From: a virus
Taxonomy: Duplodnaviria; Heunggongvirae; Uroviricota; Caudoviricetes
Length of the DNA: 64,000 nt
Reading direction: 5' to 3' (one strand)
Virus record (IMG/VR): IMGVR_UViG_3300028413_000003
Location: 104,465-168,464 of that record
Positions 18,486 to 27,121 of this stretch are shown piece after piece. Every line of letters begins with the position of its first letter. Within the stretch, counting starts at the first letter, position 1. The notes below the pieces were generated by a model. The model was not told the DNA's origin. It did no database searches and saw only the letters and a list, made by a program, of their open reading frames with translations. A program made the translations under genes and the position numbers.

Positions 18486-20734
18486 TTGACCCAAGTGAAG
18501 CGTTAAAAGTAGTATTCGACACGGCAGTAAAAGATGCTGTAAATAATCAGCACGAATATGTGACGCTGGAGCATTTGCTTAGTGCAATGGTAGACGATCC
18601 AGAGTTTAAAGATGTTATTATAGGATTTGGTGCAGTTCCGGATCTCATGAAGATTAACTTAGACAACTATGTTAAGAACAAGTTAGCCGACATCAAAACA
18701 GATGAGGAAAATTACAAGCCTAAAAAAACACAAACTGTGGAGCGGGTATTAAATCGTGCATTTGCGCAGATACTGTTTCAAGGGCGCGACCAAATTGAAG
18801 TATGCGATGTGTTTATTAGTTTGTTAACCGAAAAGCGGTCGTATGCATACTTTGTTACACAGCAAGCAGACATCGACAAAGAAAAGTTTCTTGCGTATAT
18901 TAGCGATGATGTCACTGAGGATGGCAGCGGCAAAGGCCCCGAGAATGCAGGGCCTGCTAACAAAGCGCTCAAGGCGTTTACATCAGACCTTAACCAAGAA
19001 GTAATTGATGGGAAAATTGATACCGTTATTGGTCGTACAGACGAAATTGAACAAGTTGCGCTAGCACTAGGGCGACGAAGTAAAAGTAACGTATTGCTAG
19101 TTGGCGATCCGGGCGTGGGTAAAACTGCTATTGCCGAAGGACTTGCATGGCGTATTCAAAACGGCGATGTTCCGAAGTTTTTGCTAGAGTACAAAGTGTT
19201 CAGCTTAGATATCGGTGCAATGCTTGCAGGATCCAAGTATCGAGGCGACTTTGAAGAACGCTTCAAGCTTGTGCTTTCTGCATTGCAGAAAAAAGGCAAA
19301 ACTATTATGTTCATCGACGAAGCACACATGATTAGCGGTGCAGGCTCAGGTGGACAAAACAGTGCAAACGATCTTGCCAACATGCTTAAACCTGCACTTA
19401 GCAAAGGCAACATCAAGGTTGTTGCATCAACAACTTGGGAAGAGTATCGTAAGTACTTCGAAAAGGACCGTGCGCTAATGCGTCGCTTCCAGAGAGTAGG
19501 GGTCGAAGAACCGTCTGAGCAAATGTCGGTGGATATCCTTAGAGGTATCCGCAAGTACTACGAAGACTTCCATAATGTTACCATCACAGATGAAGCAATT
19601 GACGAGGCTGTAAAACTAAGTATCAAGTATCAGCCAGATAAGAAGCTTCCAGACAAAGCAATTGATCTAATTGACGTTGCTTGTTCTCGCTTTAAAGTAA
19701 ATGAGCAAGAAAAAGACTGTGTGGTAAATGCAACAAATGTGCAGTTTGAACTTGCAAAGCTTGTTAACATCCCCGAAGACCGTATTGCTGAAAAAGAAAC
19801 ATCAAATCTTGTACACCTTGAGGGAAATCTCAAAGGCAGTGTATACGGACAGGATGAAGCAATCAACAACATTGTTGACAAGATTCTTGTCAACCAAGCC
19901 GGGCTAAAGCCAGACGACAAGCCAGTTGGCAGTTTTGTGTTTATGGGTCCTACAGGCACAGGCAAGACAGAGACTGCCAAGCAACTTGCACATCACCTTG
20001 GTGTAAAGCTTGTACGGTTTGACATGTCAGAATATCAAGAAAAGCACAGCCTTTCCAAGTTCATTGGATCTCCGCCGGGATACGTCGGATTTGATGACAA
20101 TGCCGGACAACTAATTGTAAAGCTGCAAGAAAATCCCAACTGTGTGCTGTTGCTAGACGAGGTTGAAAAAGCGCATCCAGACGTAACATCTGTGTTGCTT
20201 CAGCTTATGGACAATGGCAAAGTAACAGGGTCCAACGGCAAAGAAGCAGATGCGCGCAACTGTGTGTTGATCCTTACTACCAACTTGGGCGCAAAAGATG
20301 CCGAGAAGAACAACATTGGCTTTGGAGACTCTATGGAAAGAGAGTACGATAGTAGCGAGATGGAGAAATTCTTTGCCCCTGAGTTCCGTAACAGACTTGA
20401 CGCCACGATCACGTTTTCCAAACTAGGTAAACCGGTCATGTTAAAGATTGTTGGGAAATTCCTTGGCGAACTTAGAAAGCAAGTAGAAGCCAAGGGTATC
20501 AGCGTTACTGTTTCCAACGAAGCATTGGACTATCTTGTCGACAAGGGCTTTGATCCAAAGATGGGTGCAAGACCTTTGCAGCGTGTTATTGACAAGGACA
20601 TCAAGCGTCCGTTGTCGAGAATGATGCTATTCGGCGAACTTAAGAACGGCGGAACTATTAATATTGGCGTTGCCGATAGCAAAATTGATATTAAGGTAAC
20701 TGCACATGAGCAATCTGAAACTGCTGGAGTCTAA
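18482..20734 (+). CDS. clpA: ClpA-type AAA+ unfoldase
   Basis: Clp N-domain HEYVTLEHLL; GDPGVGKT, GSKYRGDFEER, GPTGTGKT, IGSPPGYVG, LLDEVEKAH, GARPL. Confidence 0.93.
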   Translation: MIDPSEALKVVFDTAVKDAVNNQHEYVTLEHLLSAMVDDPEFKDVIIGFGAVPDLMKINLDNYVKNKLADIKTDEENYKPKKTQTVERVLNRAFAQILFQGRDQIEVCDVFISLLTEKRSYAYFVTQQADIDKEKFLAYISDDVTEDGSGKGPENAGPANKALKAFTSDLNQEVIDGKIDTVIGRTDEIEQVALALGRRSKSNVLLVGDPGVGKTAIAEGLAWRIQNGDVPKFLLEYKVFSLDIGAMLAGSKYRGDFEERFKLVLSALQKKGKTIMFIDEAHMISGAGSGGQNSANDLANMLKPALSKGNIKVVASTTWEEYRKYFEKDRALMRRFQRVGVEEPSEQMSVDILRGIRKYYEDFHNVTITDEAIDEAVKLSIKYQPDKKLPDKAIDLIDVACSRFKVNEQEKDCVVNATNVQFELAKLVNIPEDRIAEKETSNLVHLEGNLKGSVYGQDEAINNIVDKILVNQAGLKPDDKPVGSFVFMGPTGTGKTETAKQLAHHLGVKLVRFDMSEYQEKHSLSKFIGSPPGYVGFDDNAGQLIVKLQENPNCVLLLDEVEKAHPDVTSVLLQLMDNGKVTGSNGKEADARNCVLILTTNLGAKDAEKNNIGFGDSMEREYDSSEMEKFFAPEFRNRLDATITFSKLGKPVMLKIVGKFLGELRKQVEAKGISVTVSNEALDYLVDKGFDPKMGARPLQRVIDKDIKRPLSRMMLFGELKNGGTINIGVADSKIDIKVTAHEQSETAGV

Positions 20735-21407
20735 GAAGCTACACTATAAAAAGTATCTTTACAAACTAAAAGTTTCAAACCCTGTTTCACATATCTTTCG
20801 TACAGAACGACAACGTGGTGGAAACCTAGAGTTTGCAAGGACTCAGCTCGATGAATATTTTGAAAGATACAACGCAGGCCAGCGTATAATTGCTTGGCGC
20901 TTCAGGTCAGGTGACGATGTTGAGATTAGGTTAATCGAAGAGGCTGATTCAATATATCATATACTACACAGCGCATCAGGATACCTGATGCGCTGTGAGT
21001 TCCGCACTATGATAATTTACTCTAACGACAAGCAGATGTTACTTGATATAAGTAAAAAAATAACCAGTAATGAAGTAGAACTTTGGGAACCAGACAAGTC
21101 TGTTGTAAAGTTTCTAACAAACAACGCAGATATAATTATCGTTGACAAGCCTACTGAGTTTCCTTATAAAATAACACTCGGACGAGAACCGGGCTCGCCG
21201 TCGCTTGCTAGTTGGATTAAAAATAACACTGACAAAGTTAAGATAGGATCAATCTTGCTTGAAAATTTGCGTGTTGGTACATCATGGATACAAGGTCAAT
21301 ACTTTTTTGTCAAAGACGAAAACATTATCTTGTTACTCCAGTTAATGATTAGTAAAAATATAAGCAGAATAGATAAGTTGGTGTACAAAGGAGATATAGA
21401 TAAATAG
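20706..21407 (+). CDS. Hypothetical protein
   Basis: 233 aa ORF overlapping the clpA end. Confidence 0.65.
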   Translation: MSNLKLLESKKLHYKKYLYKLKVSNPVSHIFRTERQRGGNLEFARTQLDEYFERYNAGQRIIAWRFRSGDDVEIRLIEEADSIYHILHSASGYLMRCEFRTMIIYSNDKQMLLDISKKITSNEVELWEPDKSVVKFLTNNADIIIVDKPTEFPYKITLGREPGSPSLASWIKNNTDKVKIGSILLENLRVGTSWIQGQYFFVKDENIILLLQLMISKNISRIDKLVYKGDIDK

Positions 21408-21411
21408 TTAT

Positions 21412-21774
21412 ATGTCGAATAGTAAAATCATATTATCTGGTCAATCATATTCTGGGGACGGAAGTCCCCAGAATGTCATCGGAGAACCATACAAAGGCGA
21501 CGGCTTCTACGGAAGATCCGACGGAGTACATACTGTACAATACAGCGTAGTAGAACTGATAGGAACTGTTGTAATGCAAGCAACACTCGAAACTAATCCT
21601 TCAGAATCTGACTGGTTTTCAGTTGCTGAATCAACCCATGCTAGCTTATCCACTAATAGCAACGAAAGTAATGGGTCTTATATTAAGAACTTTACAGGGA
21701 ACTATGTTTGGGTAAGAGCAATAATAAACAACTGGACCGACGGAACAGTATCAAGTGTACTACTAAATCATTGA
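21412..21774 (+). CDS. Putative virion protein (beta-sandwich)
   Basis: Preceded by GATAAATA (21399-21406); beta-rich, FTGNYVWVRA. Confidence 0.5.
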   Translation: MSNSKIILSGQSYSGDGSPQNVIGEPYKGDGFYGRSDGVHTVQYSVVELIGTVVMQATLETNPSESDWFSVAESTHASLSTNSNESNGSYIKNFTGNYVWVRAIINNWTDGTVSSVLLNH

Positions 21775-21783
21775 GGCAAAAAC

Positions 21784-22056
21784 ATGGATAACTTTATAAG
21801 CATAATTTGGAAAGAGGGCAAGTTGGACGAAAGTGCAGTTGTTGAATCAATTATAAATTTGGCAAACATACCACTTACTGAAGACGAAATTGATTACAAT
21901 CTTGAGGAAAGTATACACGGAGAAAATGTGTTGCGCATTGCAATAAGTGAAGCACTCGGTGACGAAGATAGTCACGCACTTGCAGAGTCAATTGCAGAAA
22001 AGGTATTCGACTCAGGGTTAACTAACTTTGACATAGAAATTAGTGCAAAGGAATAA
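21784..22056 (+). CDS. Hypothetical acidic protein
   Basis: 90 aa, SD GAGG. Confidence 0.6.
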   Translation: MDNFISIIWKEGKLDESAVVESIINLANIPLTEDEIDYNLEESIHGENVLRIAISEALGDEDSHALAESIAEKVFDSGLTNFDIEISAKE

Positions 22057-22058
22057 TT

Positions 22059-22400
22059 ATGAAAATTAACGAAATCGAAGACATGTCTGATCTCGATCCC
22101 AATGCACCGCTGCCGTGGAACATGGCAGATGATCTAATTTCTTATATGAAAAACGAATCTGGGTTCTATAGAAAACACTTGTATCCACTATTACTAGATG
22201 TACAAGAAGTTGTAGCAGGCGGTGGCAAGTATAATAAAAAAAACTTTATTCCAATTATTGAAATTGCAATCAAGCAATATGTTAAAAAGTTTAATATTAA
22301 TCGCAGACCCGAAACTGTAATGTCACCAGCAGACAAAATGGAATGTGTTAACAAACTTTTGGCCGACGAAGTTGAAAACTTACGAGCTGGAGAATATTAA
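22059..22400 (+). CDS. Hypothetical protein, possible internal head protein
   Basis: N-terminus MKINEIED. Confidence 0.6.
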   Translation: MKINEIEDMSDLDPNAPLPWNMADDLISYMKNESGFYRKHLYPLLLDVQEVVAGGGKYNKKNFIPIIEIAIKQYVKKFNINRRPETVMSPADKMECVNKLLADEVENLRAGEY

Positions 22401-23854
22401 TGCATTTAAGAAGTCTGTTTGAAAATAGCAACAAAACTGCGGTTGTTGCGTTTGGTCGTATGAACCCTCCTACAATTGGCCACAAAAAACTGGCCGAAGC
22501 AATGTCAAACTTACCCGGTGACAGTTTTATGTTCTTGAGTCATACACAAAAAGGTAAAACTGATCCGTTGGATTTTGATACCAAGCTGAGTTTTGCAGAA
22601 CAGTTTTTTCCCGAAGTTACAGTTGGCGATAGAAATGTTCGCACAATCATCGAAGCATTGAAGTCAGTTGAAGCACGTGGATACAGCAGTGTAATTTATG
22701 TTGCTGGGGAAGATCGCATTGACGAATTTGCCGAACTAATTCACAAATACAACGGAAGAGAATACAACTTTAGTAACATTCATATTGTAAGCGCAGGCGC
22801 ACGAGACCCTGACGCACTCGATGCCGCAGGTATGAGTTCTAGCAAGCTGCGACAAGCTGCAACAGACGGCGACCTTAATGAGTTCAGTAAAGGAGTGCCA
22901 GTCGTTAGCAACGCGCTTACAGCAGCGATGTACGAAGCTGTGCGCGCAGGACTTAGCACAAAACAAAGTACAATTACAGAAGTATTCGACCGTCCATATA
23001 ATTGGCAATGGACAAAAAATAGCAAGGATGCACTAACAGCACAATTTAATACCAAAGAGGCCGGTGCAGTTACAGTTGCAATTGCTGCAATGTCAAAAGA
23101 TAGTCCTAACTTTGAACTATCTTTTCAAAAGGGCGGCAGTATAAAGCGTAGCGGAGATGGCGACGAGTTCGCCATCTTTTCTACAGTAATGAGTATTATT
23201 GGTGCTTTTCTAAAGACGCGACCAGACGCACAGAGCATGTCATTTGTAGCAAGGCGTGAAGGAGCAGCAGCAGAAGATCCTAAAATTAGAGACAGCAGAG
23301 CATCGCTGTACAAAAAAATAGTTCAGCGGTTTGCTACGCAGAATAACTTTGAATTTGTTTGGGACGAAGTTGGAAGAATGACAGAATTCTTGATACGTAA
23401 AAAAGAAACTATTGACGAAGACGCATCTGTGCCAGATCTGCCAGCAATGCAACAACAGCCTAAGAAACAACAACAAACCGACAATCCGCACGCACCTGTT
23501 ACTCCTGCACTTCTAAAAAAGCTAGAACAGTATCTTGACAAGTTGTTTGCAAGACTAGGAATTGATGTCGAATTTACTAGACACTTCTTAGACAGAGTAA
23601 ACGATCAACGAAATGTAACACAGATTACCATACAAGAATTAGTTATATTGTTTAGAGCAACTTATAGCAAACACGGTAAAGCAATTGCAAAAATGGGGCC
23701 AGACGCACAAGCTGTTATCAAAGACATGCAAACTGACATAAATCTTCCGTTTGTTTTGAATTGGGACAATAAAAACAGAAAACTAGATCTTGTTGCTAAG
23801 ACGGTTATGCGCAAGAAAAATTTTAAGACACCGGATACGGAATTAAGAGTATGA
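22400..23854 (+). CDS. Cytidylyltransferase-like (HIGH-motif) nucleotidyltransferase fused to two further domains
   Basis: AVVAFGRMNPPTIGH, YVAGEDR, GMSSSKLR; separate central domain; C-terminal FTRHFLDRVND domain. Confidence 0.7.
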   Translation: MHLRSLFENSNKTAVVAFGRMNPPTIGHKKLAEAMSNLPGDSFMFLSHTQKGKTDPLDFDTKLSFAEQFFPEVTVGDRNVRTIIEALKSVEARGYSSVIYVAGEDRIDEFAELIHKYNGREYNFSNIHIVSAGARDPDALDAAGMSSSKLRQAATDGDLNEFSKGVPVVSNALTAAMYEAVRAGLSTKQSTITEVFDRPYNWQWTKNSKDALTAQFNTKEAGAVTVAIAAMSKDSPNFELSFQKGGSIKRSGDGDEFAIFSTVMSIIGAFLKTRPDAQSMSFVARREGAAAEDPKIRDSRASLYKKIVQRFATQNNFEFVWDEVGRMTEFLIRKKETIDEDASVPDLPAMQQQPKKQQQTDNPHAPVTPALLKKLEQYLDKLFARLGIDVEFTRHFLDRVNDQRNVTQITIQELVILFRATYSKHGKAIAKMGPDAQAVIKDMQTDINLPFVLNWDNKNRKLDLVAKTVMRKKNFKTPDTELRV

Positions 23855-24072
23855 TGGATGTCGAGGATCTTAAAAGACTAGCGGGTATAACAGGACAGGA
23901 TAGATATACCGAGATACAGTTTGAAGACCCACTTCGGGTTGCTGTCGACAACCGTGCAAGAGAAAAGAACGAAAACATTCACCCTGGAACCAAAGAGTGG
24001 ATGGGTATGTGGTTTGGTAATGCTAATCCGTACAGTAATCCTGTACAATTTAGAGGCCGTGCACGGAAATGA
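23851..24072 (+). CDS. Hypothetical protein
   Basis: 73 aa, ATGA-coupled, LKRLAGI motif. Confidence 0.6.
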   Translation: MMDVEDLKRLAGITGQDRYTEIQFEDPLRVAVDNRAREKNENIHPGTKEWMGMWFGNANPYSNPVQFRGRARK

Positions 24073-24332
24073 ACATCAGCGACTTGCTAAATGAAGATGG
24101 TAGGATAGTCAAGGGTGTTAATACTACTGTGGATGTCGGAACTAATCAAACCAAAATCGAAGCTGAAAAATTTAAAAACACAGTAACCATTGACGGATTC
24201 CCGCCTTTTTTGCGCAGCGATGGTAAAAAAGCTGTAGTCGAAAGAAGCATGATGGAACAAGCATGCATCGACGGCGGTCATGACATTAGCGACCTTTATT
24301 CTACAAAGCTGTTTGATTGGAATAAATACTAG
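24069..24332 (+). CDS. Hypothetical protein, possible internal head protein
   Basis: N-terminus MNISDLLNE. Confidence 0.6.
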   Translation: MNISDLLNEDGRIVKGVNTTVDVGTNQTKIEAEKFKNTVTIDGFPPFLRSDGKKAVVERSMMEQACIDGGHDISDLYSTKLFDWNKY

Positions 24333-24333
24333 T

Positions 24334-24525
24334 ATGTTAATAAGAGAATTCAGTACAGCAGCCGGATTTGCTATATTCATAGCCAATGTCAAGGTGCGGC
24401 AAAAATATTACAGCCAGTGGATACCAGTACAGATTTCTGCAAGAAACATGAACGAAGCAAGGAAAGCACTGTTGGCGCAATACGGGCCCGATGCTGTTAT
24501 TACCGGAATGAGGCAGTCAAAATGA
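24334..24525 (+). CDS. Hypothetical protein
   Basis: Start moved to ATG 24334 (MLIREF) after ATAAATA at 24322. Confidence 0.5.
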   Translation: MLIREFSTAAGFAIFIANVKVRQKYYSQWIPVQISARNMNEARKALLAQYGPDAVITGMRQSK

Positions 24526-25058
24526 AAATAGATGAAATCACATGCTGGAAGGGTTACCGCAAAGACGGAACTAAAAAAGGCAAAGGCGGCAAGCGCGTCA
24601 ACAATTGTGTTAAAGAAGAGAACCTTGATGAGATTGCACCATTTGTAGTAGGTGGCGGAGCAATTGCAGCAAGATGGGTATTTGGTTTTGCAATCAAGCG
24701 CGGCGGTGTTCCGCTGATTAAATGGTTGGCAAAGAAAGCGTTCAAGTGGGGATTAATTAGTGCAGGAGCAATCAAAGCTGCTGAATGGTCCTGGGACAAA
24801 GTTACAGAACTAGTAGGTGAAGAGATTGCAGCTTGGCTTGTAGAAAATAGAGTAGAGCTAGCCGTAGTAGTGGTGTTAATTGTAGCAGCGGTTAAGTTGA
24901 AAAGTTATGTCGAAAACAAGACGTACAGTCGCGCCGACGCAACAGAGATGTTAGAAATGTACAAGCAAAAGGACGGTGACTATGCAAAAGACAGCGATCC
25001 AAAACCAACAAAAAAGAAACGCGGGCCGCACCCACTCGGCGGAAAATTAGTAGGATAA
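24522..25058 (+). CDS. Hypothetical protein with CWKGY...NCVK motif and hydrophobic segments
   Basis: Start ATG 24522 overlaps the previous stop; MKIDEITCWKGYRKDGTKKGKGGKRVNNCVKEE. Confidence 0.6.
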   Translation: MKIDEITCWKGYRKDGTKKGKGGKRVNNCVKEENLDEIAPFVVGGGAIAARWVFGFAIKRGGVPLIKWLAKKAFKWGLISAGAIKAAEWSWDKVTELVGEEIAAWLVENRVELAVVVVLIVAAVKLKSYVENKTYSRADATEMLEMYKQKDGDYAKDSDPKPTKKKRGPHPLGGKLVG

Positions 25059-25060
25059 AA

Positions 25061-25249
25061 ATGAAAATTAATGATATAGTTACAGAAACAGCAAGTGCTG
25101 GCGCGAGTAGTGCAGGCGGTATTGCATCTGTTGCAGGCAGCATGAACACAATGCAAAAGCGCAATGCAGACGGTACTGCAAAGAATGCACTAGACCAGGA
25201 CAGCTTGTTTGGTCATGCGCCAAAGAAATCTAAAAAGAAGAAAGCGTAA
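25061..25249 (+). CDS. Small hypothetical protein, possible internal head protein
   Basis: MKINDIVTETASAG, basic C-terminus. Confidence 0.55.
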   Translation: MKINDIVTETASAGASSAGGIASVAGSMNTMQKRNADGTAKNALDQDSLFGHAPKKSKKKKA

Positions 25250-25255
25250 AATAAA

Positions 25256-25378
25256 ATGTTAAGAGCTAATAATAACACCCCTTCACCAGTTGTGCCCCAG
25301 ATAGTCGAAAAGAAGAAATCAGAAGCAGACCTAATTAGAGAAATGGGCGATAGACTAGCTGCTATCAACAAAGAGTAA
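25256..25378 (+). CDS. Small hypothetical protein (40 aa, below ORF-track cutoff)
   Basis: ATG 25256 to TAA 25378 fills the gap in a same-strand gene run. Confidence 0.35.
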   Translation: MLRANNNTPSPVVPQIVEKKKSEADLIREMGDRLAAINKE

Positions 25379-25438
25379 TTCTATATTTTGTACTGCGTAA
25401 ACAAAATGATAAATATATTAAAGTTTCCGGAGAAAACA

Positions 25439-25897
25439 ATGACAATTAAAAAAACAAGCCGTGGTAATTCTAATGCAAAACATACCGGGTCAGCTTCGTC
25501 AACAGGCGTTGCAGAAACCACCAACGAAGGACTTGGTATGATTGCTGACGAAGCAGAGCGCGATCATGAAGTGCAAATGGCACGGGCGCAGTTGTATAAG
25601 ATTGGAAAATATTCTATTCTGTTGAACAAGCTGTTGGCAAATATTACCGAAGAAGAAGGCCTCGAAGCATGGCAGCAATCCAAAATTACAATGGCAGCAG
25701 ATTATATCGACAGTGTGTATCATGCACTCGAAACTGATCCAAAGGTAATGTCGCCTGCTCCTACTGCGCCGCAGCCGATGCCTCCTATTGCAACAGGCAT
25801 GTCAGAATCTCAAATTAACAGTTACAAACAGAAATTAGCAAAGGCGCAACATACTGCCCACAAGAAGTTTATGGAAACACGTACTTCTTCAAAATGA
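25439..25897 (+). CDS. Hypothetical protein
   Basis: ATG 25439 with SD GGAG and GATAAATA at 25408. Confidence 0.6.
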   Translation: MTIKKTSRGNSNAKHTGSASSTGVAETTNEGLGMIADEAERDHEVQMARAQLYKIGKYSILLNKLLANITEEEGLEAWQQSKITMAADYIDSVYHALETDPKVMSPAPTAPQPMPPIATGMSESQINSYKQKLAKAQHTAHKKFMETRTSSK

Positions 25898-26499
25898 TTT
25901 TAGAAGATAGCGCCGAGGACCTGGTTTGGAAAACTATCGATGCCGACGACATATGGGTTCTTGACAAACTAATACTATCAAGAAAATTAGGGTATATATG
26001 TGGACCGGTTGGACTAGATGTCCCTGTGCCAGGTTACTATATAGTTAGACCGTGTGTGAATATGCTGGGCCTTGGACTAGGGGCGCAAAAGGTTTGGATA
26101 GACGATGACACCACAACATTGCCATTAGGATATTTTTGGTGCGAATGGTTCGAGGGCAAACACCTAAGTGTGGACTACAACAACGGATTGCAAAAGCTAT
26201 GTGTAGAAGGTATCAAAGAAGAAGATACATTTACAAAGTGGTCTGAGTGGAAACGGGTTGATGATCAAGTGCAGTGTCCAATTATTCTTAATAGTATAAT
26301 TCCACGATACAACTGGATTAACTGCGAATTCATTGATGGTAATCTCATCGAAGTACACTTACGACACAACGAAGACTTTGACGGTGACATACAACACTTT
26401 ATTCCTGTGTGGCATGACGAAGACACAACTCCGCCGGCTGGATTTAAGTACCGTGACTACCCTGATTTACACGGGCGTATTGGTGCATTTATTAAATAA
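25894..26499 (+). CDS. Hypothetical protein, possible ATP-grasp-like fold
   Basis: YIVRPCVN..G.G.GA, WCEWFEGKHLSVD, NCEFIDGNLIEVHLR resemble ATP-grasp elements. Confidence 0.4.
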   Translation: MILEDSAEDLVWKTIDADDIWVLDKLILSRKLGYICGPVGLDVPVPGYYIVRPCVNMLGLGLGAQKVWIDDDTTTLPLGYFWCEWFEGKHLSVDYNNGLQKLCVEGIKEEDTFTKWSEWKRVDDQVQCPIILNSIIPRYNWINCEFIDGNLIEVHLRHNEDFDGDIQHFIPVWHDEDTTPPAGFKYRDYPDLHGRIGAFIK

Positions 26500-26504
26500 A
26501 AACA

Positions 26505-26533
26505 TTGACAGAACCACGTTTATCTATTATAGT
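26505..26533 (+). promoter_or_regulatory. Sigma70-type promoter for the replication operon
   Basis: TTGACA-17 bp-TATAGT. Confidence 0.65.
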
Positions 26534-26558
26534 TAAGTAATTATAACGGAGATATTTA

Positions 26559-26825
26559 ATGAGCGATAGAGTCTATGGACCCGAAGAAAAAGATAAACTA
26601 GAGCGACTAATCAAAGAGGGCGTTGGCGTCCTTCAGGAAGTAGAAGATCTAAACGGCGGATTGAAAGACACCGTTAAAGCAGTTGCAGAAGAACTTGATA
26701 TCAAGGCAAGTCTTATCAATAAAGCAATTAGAGTAGCAAAGAATCGTGACTGGGACAAGCACCAGGATCAGTTTGAAGATCTCGAAGCAATACTTGCAAT
26801 TACTGGTTACGACACAGATGCCTAA
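26559..26825 (+). CDS. dsDNA-binding protein, T4 DsbA/GapR-like
   Basis: 88 aa helical protein, LKDTVKAVAEELDIKASLINKAIRVA. Confidence 0.55.
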   Translation: MSDRVYGPEEKDKLERLIKEGVGVLQEVEDLNGGLKDTVKAVAEELDIKASLINKAIRVAKNRDWDKHQDQFEDLEAILAITGYDTDA

Positions 26826-27054
26826 AGAAATTCCTGTACACAAGGACATTCTTGGTAATATAGTTGCGGTCGGTGACACTGTTGTTTATCCCGACCGCAA
26901 CGCACTAAGTATTGCAGTAGTTGAAAAACTTAATCCAAAAATGATCAACGTAACAGCGATCGGTCGCACTTATCCTGACAGGAAGTATCCAAGTGATCTG
27001 CTGGTTGTAAATGATCCAAAAATTACATTATACATGTTAAAAAACAGTAAATAG
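26818..27054 (+). CDS. Small hypothetical protein (SH3/KOW-like)
   Basis: KDILGNIVAVGDTVVY...VVEKLNPKMINV; start ATG 26818. Confidence 0.55.
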   Translation: MPKEIPVHKDILGNIVAVGDTVVYPDRNALSIAVVEKLNPKMINVTAIGRTYPDRKYPSDLLVVNDPKITLYMLKNSK

Positions 27055-27121
27055 TATACAGAATCGCTCACTATACGAGCAGGTTAATGGTATGCTGGCC
27101 AAAAGCAGCGTGGAGAAATAA

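Noticed and set aside
27060-27121. T4 gp43-like autoregulatory operator upstream of polB
   Set aside because: Only 4-bp stems are present; not distinguishable from background.
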